The position numbers were made by a program, and so were the translations under genes. Shown here one piece after another: positions 62,159 through 64,000 of a stretch of DNA of 64,000 bases; positions within the stretch are counted from its first letter, which is position 1; each line of letters begins with the position of its first letter. The notes below the pieces were generated by a model. It was not told the origin of the DNA. It saw only the letters and a program-made list of their open reading frames with translations, and searched no databases. Location: NCBI GenBank assembly GCA_902478835.1, contig CABSMU010000009.1, positions 2,214 to 66,213 of the forward strand, given 5' to 3'. This stretch comes from an uncultured Collinsella sp. Its GTDB lineage: Bacteria > Actinomycetota > Coriobacteriia > Coriobacteriales > Coriobacteriaceae.

Positions 62159-64000
62159 CTACGACAGGAAAATCCTCGTCCTGCCGCACGCGTCGATAAC
62201 GACCGGCAAACGCGTGCCGTCACGTTCGACCAAAAAGCGCGCCTGCTGACGGCGCGAGCAGTCACGGCAACGGACCTGCCCCGTTGCATCCGTGGCGCAG
62301 GCGCCCTCGGCAGTCAGCAAGCAGTGCTCGCACACCATGAGCTCGGGACGGTCGGCATCGACAGGCCCCAAGACACCGGGACAAGCGGCAAGCTCGGCAA
62401 CACGCTCCGCATCATTGCCGAGCAACTCGGCCGACAAGTACACCCGCCCCGCCCCGAGTCCGCGCAGCCAGGTAAGCGTGACCCGATTCGCGCAGAACAC
62501 CGGCGCCGCCACGTCAAACGTCATGCCCAGCTCGCGAGCGATCACCACCTGTCCCAGGTTGCGGCAGACGACGCGCCCGGCACGCTGCATAAGTGAGCGG
62601 GTCCGATCAACGTCACCCGTGCGGCACACCTCGTCCAGCACCACAACGGCGTCGGATAAATCGCGTTCTCCGCGCGGATCGGCATCCATCAGCTGCCAAG
62701 CAAAAACCATGTGAGCGGGAACCGCGCGCTCCGCCAACTCCGTCGACGCACCGCCATCCACCGCAACGTCCTCAAAGGGCAGCACCTCAACGGCGCGCGC
62801 AACGGGTGCAATCGCATCCGCCTCGGCCCGCATGCGCTCCAACACCGCCGCTGTCTGATCCAACACGCCGGCGCTGCGAATCAGGTATACCTCGCAGCCC
62901 GTGTCAACCTTACGCTTGCAATGCACGACGACGCGCTTCCCCGCTGCGGCATCCACCGGGCAGGGCACCTGCGGCCAGCGCTTGGGCACATCGGGGCGCG
63001 CGTCGACGCCCGGATAGAACCGAATCTCGAGCGTGTCACCCGCCGCCACGGCGGCATCGAGCTCAACGGTCACCTCTTCGTGGCCCACAGCGACCAAGCG
63101 CCCCACGCGCACGCCCTGGTTAATTGCACGCTCAAAGCTCATCAGCTCGGCACCCGAACGCCCTCGCAGGTACGCATCGGTAAACCCACGGTTAAACGAC
63201 CTTCCCAGCTCGCGCTCAAGCTCTTCCACGGCACCGGGGTCCCACGCGCCGTCGCGCAGCATATCGAGCGCCCGGCGCCAAACCCGCACCACGTTGAATA
63301 CGTAATCGGGGTTCTTCATGCGCCCCTCGATCTTGAGCGACGCCACGCCGGCATCTACAAGCTCGGGCAGATGCGCAATACCCAGATAGTCATGCGGACA
63401 CAGCAGACGATCCCCCTCAACGGCGACAACGCTCTGTCCCGCCTCGTCCACTAGGTCGTACGCCAGACGGCACGGCTGTGTGCAGTCGCCGCGCATCGCC
63501 GATCGTCCACGCCGCAGGGCCGAGAACTCGCACGCCCCCGAATAGCCGATGCAAATCGCACCGTGGCAGAATACCTCGATGGGCACGCCCGTGGCACAGA
63601 GCGCCGCAATCTCGTCGACCGTCAGCTCGCGCGCCGTCGTCACGCGCTCGACCCCCAACTCATCGGCGGCAAGCCGCACGGCGCCTTCGCTATGAACGCC
63701 CGCCTGCGTAGACAGGTGAATCTCGACCCCGGGAATCGCCGCGCTCAGCGCGCAGGCCAACCCGGCATCGACCACAATCAGAGCATCGGCGCCCAGCTCC
63801 AGTGCATGAGCTCCCAACGCCACCGCGTCGGACAACTCATCGTCAAACACGAACACGTTGAGCGTCACGTACACACGCACGCCATGGGCATGCGCCACGG
63901 CGCAGCCGCGCGCAAACTCGTCATCCGTAAAGCCGTGGGCGCTCACACGGGCGTTAAAGCCGCCCAACCCCGCATAGATGGCATCGGTACCCGCGGCGAT
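62159..64000 (-). CDS. Peptidase U32-family protein, N-terminus beyond the right edge
   Basis: GGFNARVSAHGFTDDEF...VYVTLNVFVFDDEL...EVFCHGAICIGYSGACEFS is typical of U32. The frame stays open upstream of the TTG at 63967 (IAAGTDAIYAGLGG) to position 64000. Confidence 0.75.
   Translation of the reverse strand: MAAGTDAIYAGLGGFNARVSAHGFTDDEFARGCAVAHAHGVRVYVTLNVFVFDDELSDAVALGAHALELGADALIVVDAGLACALSAAIPGVEIHLSTQAGVHSEGAVRLAADELGVERVTTARELTVDEIAALCATGVPIEVFCHGAICIGYSGACEFSALRRGRSAMRGDCTQPCRLAYDLVDEAGQSVVAVEGDRLLCPHDYLGIAHLPELVDAGVASLKIEGRMKNPDYVFNVVRVWRRALDMLRDGAWDPGAVEELERELGRSFNRGFTDAYLRGRSGAELMSFERAINQGVRVGRLVAVGHEEVTVELDAAVAAGDTLEIRFYPGVDARPDVPKRWPQVPCPVDAAAGKRVVVHCKRKVDTGCEVYLIRSAGVLDQTAAVLERMRAEADAIAPVARAVEVLPFEDVAVDGGASTELAERAVPAHMVFAWQLMDADPRGERDLSDAVVVLDEVCRTGDVDRTRSLMQRAGRVVCRNLGQVVIARELGMTFDVAAPVFCANRVTLTWLRGLGAGRVYLSAELLGNDAERVAELAACPGVLGPVDADRPELMVCEHCLLTAEGACATDATGQVRCRDCSRRQQARFLVERDGTRLPVVIDACGRTRIFLS

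Overview
High-GC (roughly 60% by eye) chromosomal segment from an anaerobic Gram-positive actinobacterium. It looks like Coriobacteriia, possibly Collinsella, but that is inference only. All protein calls come from motif recognition and reading the translations; no database search was possible.

I support about 50 protein genes, most on the minus strand, plus 2 tRNAs:
- Left edge: a partial [FeFe]-hydrogenase with a NuoF/GltD-type partner.
- An alpha-glucoside PTS/GH4 operon whose BglG/LicT antiterminator is frameshifted.
- A DEAD-box helicase with a ~290-aa Arg/Gly-rich tail.
- An FHA protein next to a Ser/Thr kinase interrupted by a 29-bp quasi-palindromic insertion.
- A copA-copZ-csoR operon with a CsoR-type operator.
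- gltBD, mntH, rubredoxin plus flavin reductase, and smpB.
- tRNA-Glu and tRNA-Gln.
- A MurNAc operon (murR-murQ-murP-mupG).
- An orphan small serine recombinase.
- rnr, ftsEX, split transketolase, prfB, secA, rpmE, citrate synthase, two Cof-type HAD hydrolases, adenine deaminase, tyrS and a partial U32 peptidase.

I found no cas genes, reverse transcriptase, phage genes or recognisable defence system.

The most unusual content is non-coding. A 57-nt palindromic unit (GTCTCGATCTGTAACA-N25-TGTTACAGATCGAGAC) occurs 14.5 times at six loci between 11.7 and 31.9 kb. It forms strictly phased 80-bp tandem arrays that sit at operon boundaries and tightly bracket three accessory modules. At least four other short hairpin repeat families, a 65-nt near-perfect palindrome upstream of gltB, and a 123-nt long hairpin upstream of ftsE are also present.

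Minor protein-level oddities:
- RF2 carries SPT where SPF is expected.
- L31 has a C-terminal low-complexity extension.
- FtsE has an N-terminal low-complexity extension.
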